Source of the DNA: an uncultured archaeon
GTDB lineage: Archaea; Thermoplasmatota; Penumbrarchaeia; JASLWR01
Reading direction: 5' to 3'
Assembly (NCBI GenBank): GCA_964430885.1
Contig: CAYSHM010000001.1
Span: 64,001 to 128,000, forward strand
DNA length: 64,000 nt
Part shown: positions 17,030 to 27,269 of the stretch, in pieces
How the letters are laid out: each line of letters begins with the position of its first letter
Position numbering within the stretch: the first letter of the stretch is position 1
Made by a program: the position numbers and the translations under genes
Notes under the pieces: model-generated
The model's database searches: none
What the model saw: only the letters and a program-made list of their open reading frames with translations
Told to the model about the DNA's origin: nothing

Positions 17030-18883
17030 ATGACTGACGGCAACCCCGGGGAAATAGGATTGGCCTCTTTTCTCTCTCAATATCGAAGTAAATTGAAGGA
17101 GCTGGGATCTCAATATTTAAGCTTGGAGAGAGTATCATTTTTTTCAGAACCGGATCCCAATTCACCGGGCACTTTAAAAACCTCGTGTCTGAAATTTGAT
17201 GAAATTGAAAAAAATGTGGATACACTCATTGATCACGGGAGGACCTGGGAGAACCGCCTATCCAAATATCTAAAAGACAGTCTTGACCAAGGTCCCCGTT
17301 CACATCCCCTTTCCGCCGCTGTTCTGGATATTTCAATGATCACCGGCGCCGACATGACCAAGGTTTGCCAGCGTTATCTTAAAAAGAGGGCGGCCGAGTA
17401 TCATATTGATTTTTTCCTATACCATTATCTGACAGTGTATCCCCTCCTGAAGCAGTTTTCCAGAAAGAGCCGGAGATTGTCCTACAAATACCAGCCTTTT
17501 CTTTTTAAATGCCTGGATAAATATGTTATCAACTATAGAAAGAAAAAAATTAAGGCAAGGAATGGAAAAAAAGGCGGCATGAATGATCTAATCTTCGATA
17601 TCGGTGAAGAGAGGCTCAGGATACCCGCCCAGGGCCCTGACGAATTTATGTTCCTTGTAAGAAGGTTCATCTTCACTTTGGTTATGAATCGGGCGGTTGT
17701 TCTCTATTTCATAGAAGATGAAAAGCACAGGCAAAGTATCCTGAATTCTCTTTCTGAATTGGTAAGAATGATTTATATGAGAGGCGGTGAAGAATACAGG
17801 AAAATATTCCTCCTAACCACATTGCAGATAGCTGCCGGAGAGGATGAAGAGGCAATATCTCATTTTCAGGTAATTTTAAAGCAATTAGGAGAAAAAGGAA
17901 ATCACTCAATATTCCTTAGCAAACTTGATGATCTGCCAGTACTGGAAGGTTTCTATTTTGGAAAATCCCTTCTATCCGCCGGAGAGTCCGCATTGGAATA
18001 TAATGTTAAAGTTGCAAGAGTATTATGCAATCTTAGCCTGAAATTGAGCATCCAATGTTTCAACCGACGAGAAACGGCACTTTCCATGATGGTGCTTTCA
18101 AGAGTTTTCCTGGATTCAGATGATCTTGATCTTTCTCTATTGCTTTCAGATCTCTCAAGGGCTTTGGCTAGATCCATCAATGATCCGCTGCTGATCACCA
18201 GTTCGCATTTTACATCCGGCTGGGCCTATCTTGAAAATGAAAGATTCCGAGAATCTGCCAGGTTTTTCAAGAAGTCGAGGTCCGCCTCAGGTAAATTGGG
18301 CGACGAAAAGGGGTACACTGAAGCCTTGGTAGGTTTAGCCTTGATCTCCCTGAAGGTAGATAATAGAAGAAAGGCTAAAAAATTCCTGAAGGAGATTGTT
18401 TTTTCCATGCCGATAAAACAGTATCCAAATCTTTTTTCAAAATTGAAAGAGGAGGTCATGAAATATAATTGGCTCAAGAAAGATAAGGCCATGGCCCCAA
18501 TGTTCCAGGGATCGAAGAAGGTGTACCTTAAGAGAACAGTTCTCATAAAAATAATATCCTATGCAAAGGATTCCTATCCCAATGAGTTCGGGGCTGTTCT
18601 CCATGGCAATGAGGTGATTGAGAACCTGGAAATTCTTTACAATACCCAGGCAAACAGGAATTCAGTCATGTTCTCTAAGTATGACGGTGCGGGTACAAGG
18701 ATATCGGTTGACGGTTTTGTTCATTCTCACCCCAGCGGGGGCGCAGTCCCCTCTCAAGCAGACTTGCGTTCTTTCTCCCTGTTCATAACCAATCTGATAA
18801 TAGGTTATCCCTTCAATGATAACTCCATCGCTGCATATGACCGAGTTGGTAATCGGCTTGAGCTGGAGATAGTCGAAGGCTGA
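17030..18883 (+). CDS. TPR-like helical protein fused to C-terminal JAMM/MPN+ (Mov34) metalloprotease domain
   Basis: C-terminal ~120 aa contain 'PNEFGAVL' and the JAMM motif HSHPSGGAVPSQAD. The central region has TPR-like helices (GWAYL...ESARFFKKS; ALVGLALI...KAKKFL). Confidence 0.8.
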   Translation: MTDGNPGEIGLASFLSQYRSKLKELGSQYLSLERVSFFSEPDPNSPGTLKTSCLKFDEIEKNVDTLIDHGRTWENRLSKYLKDSLDQGPRSHPLSAAVLDISMITGADMTKVCQRYLKKRAAEYHIDFFLYHYLTVYPLLKQFSRKSRRLSYKYQPFLFKCLDKYVINYRKKKIKARNGKKGGMNDLIFDIGEERLRIPAQGPDEFMFLVRRFIFTLVMNRAVVLYFIEDEKHRQSILNSLSELVRMIYMRGGEEYRKIFLLTTLQIAAGEDEEAISHFQVILKQLGEKGNHSIFLSKLDDLPVLEGFYFGKSLLSAGESALEYNVKVARVLCNLSLKLSIQCFNRRETALSMMVLSRVFLDSDDLDLSLLLSDLSRALARSINDPLLITSSHFTSGWAYLENERFRESARFFKKSRSASGKLGDEKGYTEALVGLALISLKVDNRRKAKKFLKEIVFSMPIKQYPNLFSKLKEEVMKYNWLKKDKAMAPMFQGSKKVYLKRTVLIKIISYAKDSYPNEFGAVLHGNEVIENLEILYNTQANRNSVMFSKYDGAGTRISVDGFVHSHPSGGAVPSQADLRSFSLFITNLIIGYPFNDNSIAAYDRVGNRLELEIVEG

Positions 18884-18960
18884 CCTATTGACGGTAAATT
18901 TCATGAAAAAATAATATAAATAATTGCAAATTTGTCTTTCAGCATTTTATTGACCCCCTA

Positions 18961-20286
18961 ATGAGAAAGGTGCAGCAGCAGATGAAAATAAGAGCAGATC
19001 TCCATATTCATACCAAATATGCATCATCCACATCGCCGGATGCTTCCATTGAAAATATTGCCGCCACCGCGGTAAAAAAAGGGGTGGATCTAATATCCTC
19101 AGGGGATTGTCTTCATCCGGAAAATCTGAATTTATTGAGAACTATGCCTTTCGAAAATGGAATATTTCAATTGAACGGGATTCATCTGGTCCTTGGAGCT
19201 GAGATAGAGGATATCAACGGAGCTCATCATCTTCTTTTCTTCCCGAACATTGATGCAGTAATAGGGTTCAGGGGAATGATAGGGGATCATTCTTTGGACC
19301 TCGATACCGAAGGCAGGCCTAAAGTGGATCTGTTCCCTCGGGACATTGCAGTCATGGCCAAACAGTGTAGGGCCTCTATTGGTCCTGCTCATTATTTCAC
19401 TCCATTCAAGGGTGCATTGGCCATTTACGGAGGGATGAGGGAAACATACCGGGAGATGGAGGATTATGTGGATTTCATAGAACTTGGCCTTTCGGCTGAT
19501 ACTGATATTGCATCCCCCATCCAGGATCTGGATAAAAGGACCTTTCTTTCCAACAGCGACTCTCACAGTCATCATCCTAGACGAATTGGCAGGGAATACA
19601 ATCTGCTGGAAATGGGAGGAATTTCCTATGGTGCTCTAATGGATGTTCTCAGAAGCAGAAAGAAACTGAACCATCCTGGTCTGAAGGGATGGGTAGTTGC
19701 CAATTACGGTCTACCTCCCGAAGAAGGCAGATATAACCGGACTGCCTGTTCTTCCTGTTATGATCACTATAATATGGAGGAGGCTAGAAGAATAAGGCTG
19801 CGATGTCCATGCGGAGGGAATATCAAATGGGGCGTTGTGGATATTGCAAGGAAGAATTACGGCTCAGGATTAGGGGTGAAAAACGGAAATTCAAGACCTC
19901 CTTACAATAATATACTACCGATTCATGATATACTAAGCGAGATAACAGGGAAACCCTGGAACTCGAGGGCGGTGAGTGATATGTACAGTGATATTATCTC
20001 TATTGGGGGCAGTGAACTGGATATTATCACATCCGGAAAGATGCTGGGCAACTATGAGGATAGGGTGCGGGCCAATTACCCTATGGTAATAATTGCTGCA
20101 GAAAGGCTGAGATCAGGTCAGTTCAAAGCAATTCCCGGAGGAGGCGGCCGATACGGAGAGATTCGGCTTTTAGATGATATCGTAAAACGTTCGGAGGCCG
20201 ACACATCTTCACCAGCGCCATCGCCCTCCGAGACACCCTGCCAGAGCGTGGGTCGACGGGGTCAAAAGGGGTTGTTCGATTTTTAG
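18961..20286 (+). CDS. Endonuclease Q / TIGR00375 family PHP-domain protein
   Basis: DLHIHTKYA, GDCLHP, PAHYFTP, ELGLSAD, SNSDSHS, zinc site CSSC...CPCG, GGGGRYG, and C-terminal PIP-box QKGLFDF. Confidence 0.88.
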   Translation: MRKVQQQMKIRADLHIHTKYASSTSPDASIENIAATAVKKGVDLISSGDCLHPENLNLLRTMPFENGIFQLNGIHLVLGAEIEDINGAHHLLFFPNIDAVIGFRGMIGDHSLDLDTEGRPKVDLFPRDIAVMAKQCRASIGPAHYFTPFKGALAIYGGMRETYREMEDYVDFIELGLSADTDIASPIQDLDKRTFLSNSDSHSHHPRRIGREYNLLEMGGISYGALMDVLRSRKKLNHPGLKGWVVANYGLPPEEGRYNRTACSSCYDHYNMEEARRIRLRCPCGGNIKWGVVDIARKNYGSGLGVKNGNSRPPYNNILPIHDILSEITGKPWNSRAVSDMYSDIISIGGSELDIITSGKMLGNYEDRVRANYPMVIIAAERLRSGQFKAIPGGGGRYGEIRLLDDIVKRSEADTSSPAPSPSETPCQSVGRRGQKGLFDF

Positions 20287-20451
20287 ATTTTTAAAGGAGA
20301 ATTTCATCAAATATTTTTCATTCACATGATTCCAAACAATCAATCTTCATGAGAAGTATTATTATTGGCTCTGAATTATAGCAGAGGTCTGATAAAAGTA
20401 TGCATTTATATATTTAGTGACGCATGACAGAAAATGATTTAGGGTGTTTTA

Positions 20452-21468
20452 ATGGGCATCAATTTAAAAGCGCTGGTGATTTCAGAGAATATCAAATTGG
20501 ATGACCTGTCAGGAAAGGTCCTTGCACTGGATGCCTATAATATTATCTATCAGTTTCTGTCATCCATAAGAACCTACGATGGAGAACCACTTAAAGATGA
20601 GAATGGGAATGTAGTATCTCATATTTTAGGCCTCCTCACCCGGACATCGAATCTAATTGAGTCAGGTATCAAACCGGTCTTTGTCTTTGACGGTGAACCT
20701 CACCCCCTGAAGGAGAGCACCATTACCTACAGGAAGATGAGAAAACTTGAGGCTATGGAAGAATGGAAGAAGGCTCTTGAGGAGGGGGATATGAAAAGGG
20801 CCAGGAGCAAGGCCCAGCAGACATCGCATTTCACAATAGAGATGGTGAGAGAGTGCAAGCATGTTCTGGACCTGATGGGCATTCCCCATGTCCAGGCACC
20901 TTCGGACGGTGAAGGACAGGCAAGTTACATGGCCGGGAAGGGTAACGTTCATGGTACAGCTTCCCAGGATTTTGACTGTCTGCTTTACGGCTGTCCTTTA
21001 ATGATCAGGAACATATCCATATCCGGCAGAAGGAAACTCCCTGGAAGGAACAAGTATGTATCTGTCAGCGTCCAGCAGATTGCTCTTAACAGTTCCCTTT
21101 CAGCACTGGAGATAAGCAGGGAACAGCTTATTGATATGGCAATACTCATGGGTACCGATTTCAATGAAGGTATTAAGGGAGTCGGCCCAAAGACCGCCCT
21201 GAAGCTTCTTAAAAACCACGGGACTCTTGAAGAAGTTATTGAAGAGAAGGGATATGAGCTCCCCCATTATGGGGCGATCAGAGAAATATTCCTCGATCCT
21301 GATGTTACTGATGACTATGATCTGAAATGGTCAAGTCCCCGAATTGATGATCTAAAGGAACTATATATAGGGGGTCACCAGTTCAAGGAGGAGACCATAG
21401 CCAAGCATCTTGAAAAGCTGGAATTTGGTTTGAAGAAGAACCAGCAGACCTCATTATTCTCCTTCTGA
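20452..21468 (+). CDS. fen: Flap endonuclease 1
   Basis: DAYNIIYQFLSSIR, PVFVFDG, APSDGEGQAS, SQDFD, GTDFN..GVGPKTA, C-terminal PIP-box QTSLFSF. Confidence 0.97.
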   Translation: MGINLKALVISENIKLDDLSGKVLALDAYNIIYQFLSSIRTYDGEPLKDENGNVVSHILGLLTRTSNLIESGIKPVFVFDGEPHPLKESTITYRKMRKLEAMEEWKKALEEGDMKRARSKAQQTSHFTIEMVRECKHVLDLMGIPHVQAPSDGEGQASYMAGKGNVHGTASQDFDCLLYGCPLMIRNISISGRRKLPGRNKYVSVSVQQIALNSSLSALEISREQLIDMAILMGTDFNEGIKGVGPKTALKLLKNHGTLEEVIEEKGYELPHYGAIREIFLDPDVTDDYDLKWSSPRIDDLKELYIGGHQFKEETIAKHLEKLEFGLKKNQQTSLFSF

Positions 21469-21482
21469 AAATAGCCGGATAA

Positions 21483-22244
21483 TTATTGTATTATTGTTTT
21501 TTTTATTACCGTTTTCTTATGTGCAGGCTGCTTTCGGGATTCATCATCCTTATCAAAAATATGCCTTTTGCCTTTCTTAACCAGATGGGAAATGATATTT
21601 TGCCTCATTTTTTCCCACTTCTCCTTCCCGGGACCATTATTATTATTTTCCACCACTCTGAATCCTTTGATGTTCAGTTTTTCAACCAGACCGAACAGGG
21701 TCTTCAATCCGCCAGCACGAGGCTTTTCATCCAAAACAATTGTCAGCATATACTGGCTATATAGGTAATGCGTTTTCATTTCCTTTAGATCCTCGATTTC
21801 AGCGAAGAAGCGAGTGTTCAATTCCTCAATCTCTTTAACTTTGATACTGCCTGAAATATAATTATTCTTCAAGGTTCTTGAAATGGGGAGATGTATATCC
21901 TTGATCTCAAAATGACGGGCCAACCTTCTCCAATCCATTGTTTTCAATCCTTGCAGCTGTTTAATATCTATCTTCAATTTCGACGGGATATGTTTTTTGA
22001 TCCAGAAATCTGATATGTCTTTGATATTATCTATGACTTTTTCAACTTCATTCTCAGCCAGACTTCTAATATCCGCCGTCATTCCCCATATCGATTCTCC
22101 TGATATGCCTCGGTTTCGAAGTTTATTCTTCAATTCGAGGGAGGAAACCGGTGCGGCCTTTGGTTCAATATAAATGCAGATATTCCGTTTTTCATTTGGA
22201 ATGCCCGGTCCGAATTTCCTCACAAGATGTTCCATCAGTTTCAT
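21483..22244 (-). CDS. Hypothetical protein (253 aa, basic)
   Basis: Long ORF filling the gap between fen and dph2. No recognised motif. Confidence 0.6.
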   Translation of the reverse strand: MKLMEHLVRKFGPGIPNEKRNICIYIEPKAAPVSSLELKNKLRNRGISGESIWGMTADIRSLAENEVEKVIDNIKDISDFWIKKHIPSKLKIDIKQLQGLKTMDWRRLARHFEIKDIHLPISRTLKNNYISGSIKVKEIEELNTRFFAEIEDLKEMKTHYLYSQYMLTIVLDEKPRAGGLKTLFGLVEKLNIKGFRVVENNNNGPGKEKWEKMRQNIISHLVKKGKRHIFDKDDESRKQPAHKKTVIKKTIIQ

Positions 22245-22359
22245 AATGAAGATGCCCCAAGCCCTGTTTTAGCTCATTTTCGTTTCAAAAGGATGATCCT
22301 ATCCATGAATTGTTGGTATTCAGTAATAAATTGTTCGGGAAATGATTTAAATTTACACT

Positions 22360-23436
22360 ATGTTATGGTCTCTAGTGAAGGATATGGAAAAAGAAGGCTC
22401 TTTGGTGAATTCAGCCCTAAAGGGGCTGGGTTTCGCATTGGAAAATTGGATTGATCCATTTTTCGACAATCTTAGTCTGAAGGATGATGACAGCATAAAT
22501 ATTGCGCTTCAGCTCCCAGCGGGCCTCATAAGGTATCACCGGGAGTTTATTGACCTTATTGAGAGCTCCCTTGGTTCAGCGGTATCCCTCTATCTGAAAC
22601 CTACCTACGGTTCCTGCGATATTCCATATTTTCAGCTGATGGGTTTGGGTTATACCCATTTGATACATGTGGGTCATTCACCTATTAGAAGTCTGGGATC
22701 TCCAATTCCAACTCTATTTGTACCAGTTCATATCCAATATGATGATCAAGTTCTTCAAAAGGGACTGGATGATGCAGTGGATGCATATTCTCTGAAGGGA
22801 AAAAAGGTGTGTTTGGTTACAACGATTCAGTATTCAGATGGCATTGGGTCAGCCTATGAATATCTGAAAAAGCAGGGCATGGAGGTGCTGTTGCTGAAAG
22901 AGAGCCTACGGGCAGATGGCAAAGGCCAGATACTCGGCTGCAATTTTCAGAACTCCGCAGGTGCAGGCGTAAAGGATGTCATCTACATTGGTACAGGATT
23001 ATTTCACCCTCGAGGAGTGGCTATCAACGGAGGTCACCGTGTGATCAAGGTGAATCCTCATACGGGAAAGCACACAGAGGTAGATGGCAGGGATTTTCTT
23101 AAAAAAAGGGCAGCTTTGGCCCTTTCCCTTTCTGAAAAGAAAAACTTTATGATAGTCTGCACAAGCAAATCCGGACAGTGCAGGATAGATGTGGCCGAAG
23201 AACTGGTTGAACTTGGAAAGAAAAGGGGATATGCAGTCTCAATGGCTCTGGCGGATGAGATAAGACCTGAACTTTTCACCGGTTTGGGACTTGAATGTAT
23301 AGTATCAACCGCCTGCCCCAGGATAGCTTATGATGATATGTCATCCTATCCAGTTCCAGTGATCACACCCCAGGAGTTCAGGCTGGCAGTTGGGGATCTG
23401 GCTCTTGAGGATTTTACAATTGATGAATTAATATGA
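22360..23436 (+). CDS. dph2: Diphthamide biosynthesis enzyme Dph2
   Basis: QLPAGL, three Fe-S cysteines in YGSCD, QILGC and TACPR, GHS, TTIQY, GLFHP. Exact start is uncertain. Confidence 0.9.
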   Translation: MLWSLVKDMEKEGSLVNSALKGLGFALENWIDPFFDNLSLKDDDSINIALQLPAGLIRYHREFIDLIESSLGSAVSLYLKPTYGSCDIPYFQLMGLGYTHLIHVGHSPIRSLGSPIPTLFVPVHIQYDDQVLQKGLDDAVDAYSLKGKKVCLVTTIQYSDGIGSAYEYLKKQGMEVLLLKESLRADGKGQILGCNFQNSAGAGVKDVIYIGTGLFHPRGVAINGGHRVIKVNPHTGKHTEVDGRDFLKKRAALALSLSEKKNFMIVCTSKSGQCRIDVAEELVELGKKRGYAVSMALADEIRPELFTGLGLECIVSTACPRIAYDDMSSYPVPVITPQEFRLAVGDLALEDFTIDELI

Positions 23437-23443
23437 TGGAGAT

Positions 23444-25894
23444 ATGAGGTCATCCATGAAGAGGGACGCAGTTCAAAGGATCATGGGGGTATCGGGAGAG
23501 TTCATATTGAAGTACCGATACTTCTTTTTCATACTACTTCTAGTGATAACTGCAGTATTCTCACTGTTCCTCTCGGATCTGGAATTGAAGAGCGACATGC
23601 AGACCTGGCACGATAAGGATGATCCGACCTATGTCAAGTACAGGGAGATGAAGGATAATTTTGAGATATCACCATTCATTTCAGTTGCATATTCAACAGA
23701 TGACCCATTTTCTTCGGATGAACTAGAGTATCTGGATCATCTATCAGCTAGGATCTCAAGTGAGGTTCAGGATGTCGTAAAAGTTACCACTCTGTCCAAC
23801 TATACAAAAACAGTAATCATTCCCGGATCGAATGTGACTGGATCAATACCATTGATTCAGCAGAACATGAATCAAAGCCAAATGAGCGAACTTGAAATTT
23901 ACATTTCTTCTGATCCATTTGTAGAAGGCGTTTTGATCAGCAGGGATAGAGAGAGCTTGGGTTTATCCATTCAGATGATTGCCCGGGATGATCCAGGTAA
24001 AAGCCAGGCCCCTGATGAGGAATTGATTTCCCAGATAAGAAAGGTTCTTGATGACGAATCAGAATCAACAGGAAAAAAATTCCATGTGGGCGGAACACTG
24101 GTAACCCACAGCGATGTTAACAGTATGATGATGAAGGATATAACCACCTTTCTGCCCCTGGCAGTCATTGTCAATACTCTTATCCTGGTCATACTGTTCA
24201 GAAGGTTCTTCAGGGTGGTGCTCCCTCTCATCACCGTTCTTTTTGCTCTAGTATGGACAATGGGACTGAAGGGTGCATTCAACTCGCCCATTTCTCCTGT
24301 TTCCACCACTCTTTTCGCACTGGTTGTTGTTATAGGAATAGCCGATTCCATACATTTTATTTCGCATTACCGTATTGAGTTGACCAGGACACCCGATAGA
24401 AAGAGTGCTCTTAAGGCTACCTATTCCAAGGCAGGCGTAGGGTGTCTTTTCACCTCGCTGACCACCAGTGCGGGTTTCGGGTCCCTGCTGTTCAGCCCTC
24501 TGTTGATTCTGAGAAATCTAGGAATGTATTCGGCTTTCGGAATAATGAGTGCTTTCATATGCACAATGGTGCTTGTCCCCACGGGCCTTCTTCTGGAAGG
24601 CGCGATAGAGGACCGTCTGTCCAAGAACAGAAAGGCCAGTAAGGGAAAGGGAAGTGAAAGACCGAATAAAAAACTGCTGCGGGACAGAGCTCTGCCCCGA
24701 CTTGGAAGGTTCAACCTGGCCCATCCCAAGAAGATACTTGTTTTTTTTGTGATTTTTATATTGATACTGTCAATAGGTATCCCACTTATCAAGGTTGAAG
24801 GTTCCCTCATGGAATATCTCAAGGAGGATACCAGGATAGTTAAGGATGCTGAATATCTTGACGAGAACATGAATGGCATATCTGATGTCGAGGTAATGCT
24901 CTATGGTGAAGAGGGCGATTTTGAGAAGGCGGATACCCTAAATCGTATAGCGGCCTTTCAATGGAAGATAGAGAAGCAGGAATCGGTGGTGCAGTCCTAT
25001 TCCATGGTTGATATCCTGTCCCTTATCATCGGCAGTTTCTATATTGAGACCCAAAAATCCGGTAGCATAATGCCTCTTGAAGGCAATATGTCATATCAAA
25101 ACAGCTCACAAGAATATAATTCCAGTAATCGGGGAATGCCCTCGATCCCTGCAGATATTGATATTTCACCGCTGCTGGAAAGGATTACTTCCAATTCCTC
25201 CGTCGGAGGTAAGAACAGTTCGGTCTTGTCCCCATATTTAACATCTGACGGTTCTAAGGTCCTTATATCCTTCAGGATCAGGTCGATAAGCGGTGAGAAG
25301 AGAACAGAACTTTTATCAGATATTGATGACTACTGCGCAGATAATTTTGAGGATTTTCAGGTCAGAGTAACCGGTTTCGAGCAGATAATTCACCAGACCA
25401 CACTGGATATTGTAACAACCCAGGTTAGGAGCCTTATAATCTCCTTTGCAATTATTCTGCTGTTCATGGTGCTTCTTTTCGGTATTAAGGGCGGATTGAT
25501 CAGTTTGGTTCCGAATATACTGCCGATAGTGCTTCTTTTCGGATTCATGGGATATGCAGGTTTTCCTCTCAATATAGCCACCGCTACAATAGCCGCCATA
25601 GCTATAGGTCTAGTGGTGGATGATACTGTTCATTTCTTCTTCCATTTCAAGGTATGTCTGAACAAATATGGAAACCGGGTCAAAGCAATGAAGGAGGCCT
25701 TGCGGGAGGTTGGAGAGGCACTGTGCTTTACCACAGTAACACTGTCATTGGGTTTCATGATATTCATATTCTCAAGAACAAGCGTATTGGTGGATTATGC
25801 CATACTTTCCACTCTTGCTATTGTATCGGCTTTATTCTCGGACCTGCTTATAGGCTCGGTTGTACTCTTGAAGATAAAAGTATTCGGGAAATAA
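23444..25894 (+). CDS. RND superfamily (MMPL-type) transporter
   Basis: Two repeats of TM + large extracytoplasmic loop + 5 TM. GIADSIH and GLVVDDTVH motifs, TSLTTSAGF. Confidence 0.9.
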   Translation: MRSSMKRDAVQRIMGVSGEFILKYRYFFFILLLVITAVFSLFLSDLELKSDMQTWHDKDDPTYVKYREMKDNFEISPFISVAYSTDDPFSSDELEYLDHLSARISSEVQDVVKVTTLSNYTKTVIIPGSNVTGSIPLIQQNMNQSQMSELEIYISSDPFVEGVLISRDRESLGLSIQMIARDDPGKSQAPDEELISQIRKVLDDESESTGKKFHVGGTLVTHSDVNSMMMKDITTFLPLAVIVNTLILVILFRRFFRVVLPLITVLFALVWTMGLKGAFNSPISPVSTTLFALVVVIGIADSIHFISHYRIELTRTPDRKSALKATYSKAGVGCLFTSLTTSAGFGSLLFSPLLILRNLGMYSAFGIMSAFICTMVLVPTGLLLEGAIEDRLSKNRKASKGKGSERPNKKLLRDRALPRLGRFNLAHPKKILVFFVIFILILSIGIPLIKVEGSLMEYLKEDTRIVKDAEYLDENMNGISDVEVMLYGEEGDFEKADTLNRIAAFQWKIEKQESVVQSYSMVDILSLIIGSFYIETQKSGSIMPLEGNMSYQNSSQEYNSSNRGMPSIPADIDISPLLERITSNSSVGGKNSSVLSPYLTSDGSKVLISFRIRSISGEKRTELLSDIDDYCADNFEDFQVRVTGFEQIIHQTTLDIVTTQVRSLIISFAIILLFMVLLFGIKGGLISLVPNILPIVLLFGFMGYAGFPLNIATATIAAIAIGLVVDDTVHFFFHFKVCLNKYGNRVKAMKEALREVGEALCFTTVTLSLGFMIFIFSRTSVLVDYAILSTLAIVSALFSDLLIGSVVLLKIKVFGK

Positions 25895-25925
25895 TATTGA
25901 ATAAATTCCGACTGGACAATAATCA

Positions 25926-27269
25926 TCAGTCCTTTTTCTTTTTCCTAAGCAGAAATAGATATATGATGGCAGTTAAGAAGAATATTCCCAGAATAACAAG
26001 GCACCCCTCCTTTCCCATCTCATTCTCCTCTTCCTTAACATCATCTGATAATGACGAAGGTGTAATTGTCAGATCAGTTTCATTTTTCCTCATGAAATAA
26101 TGTCCCTGGAAATCCTCATGCACTATCGAGATATTGTATCCTTCAGTATCAGCAATTCTACCATTTTCGGCGCTTTTCCACAATAGGGTGATATTGGATA
26201 CCTGGCCGTTATCATTGGAAATATATCTATGCTCAAGTATGTTTTGGCCGTTGAGCCTAAGCTGTGCTCTGCTTACTGGAAGGCCTTTATCGTCAGCCAC
26301 CCGTATGTTGTGAATATTGTACAATGTAAAGTTTAAAGCACCGGTATTTTTTTCGGTTGAAATAAATCTCTGGATACCAAATATCTCATAATCCATTTTG
26401 TTCATATGAAATTGACATTTTTTCATCTCTCCTTTTGTATCCCTTATTGATAATCCTTTCTTACAGGAATCAAGGCTGATGTTCAGGAGAACCAGGTTTT
26501 CCAGGGAAGTGGCCGCCACTCCGATACCGGTATTGTAAAAGATAGTATCCTGTATTTGCGCTTCCATCAATTGAGGTTTCTCAATGATAGTTTCCAATTT
26601 ATCAATGCGGTCTATCTTGAATTTATAATATGAGCCTATCTGCCAGATCTCTGAATGCATCATCAGACTTTGGAGATTGTCCAGGTATTGGGTGTTATTA
26701 ATATTTACTTCTGACCTTACGAGCCTGCAGCCCATGTCGCAGAAGATAAATCTGCAGCATTTCAATCGGATTCTGCTCTCGTAGGATAGAATCCCTAGAC
26801 CAGTGTTGTTGAATTCGCAGTGATTGAAGATTGCTTGGGAATATATCGCTTCAGCCCCCAGTCCGAGATCTCTGAAAATGGTCTGGTTGAATACTGCATT
26901 TCTGCAATTTATCAATTCAATCATTCCTGATAGGCGTTCTTCGGTGTTTTCAAATATTACCGTATTTTTCATTGACACGTTCCCGTCAGCGTTCCCTCCG
27001 CACTTCAGCGCTCCCTCTATCCTCAAGGCAACATCCCGTCCGATAATGACTTTGGTTCCAGGTTCTATCCTCAATGTTTGATTGGATAATATTGTGGTAT
27101 TCGAATCCAGATGGATGGTCCCGTTCCAGATCAATAGCTCATTATTTCCTTCAATGTTACGTCGGCCTGCCGTTTGAAATTCGCATTCCTTATTAATAGC
27201 GCAGCTTCGAAATCCAATGCATAACAGCAGCAGCGTTCCTAATAAAACAAAGTAGGGCCGATATCTCAT
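25926..27269 (-). CDS. Secreted/membrane-anchored right-handed beta-helix (pectin-lyase/NosD-like) protein
   Basis: Signal peptide, 'TLRIEPGTKV...LRIEGAL' start typical of beta-helix proteins, Asn/Cys ladder repeats, C-terminal TM + KKKK. Start overlaps the upstream stop. Confidence 0.7.
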   Translation of the reverse strand: MRYRPYFVLLGTLLLLCIGFRSCAINKECEFQTAGRRNIEGNNELLIWNGTIHLDSNTTILSNQTLRIEPGTKVIIGRDVALRIEGALKCGGNADGNVSMKNTVIFENTEERLSGMIELINCRNAVFNQTIFRDLGLGAEAIYSQAIFNHCEFNNTGLGILSYESRIRLKCCRFIFCDMGCRLVRSEVNINNTQYLDNLQSLMMHSEIWQIGSYYKFKIDRIDKLETIIEKPQLMEAQIQDTIFYNTGIGVAATSLENLVLLNISLDSCKKGLSIRDTKGEMKKCQFHMNKMDYEIFGIQRFISTEKNTGALNFTLYNIHNIRVADDKGLPVSRAQLRLNGQNILEHRYISNDNGQVSNITLLWKSAENGRIADTEGYNISIVHEDFQGHYFMRKNETDLTITPSSLSDDVKEEENEMGKEGCLVILGIFFLTAIIYLFLLRKKKKD

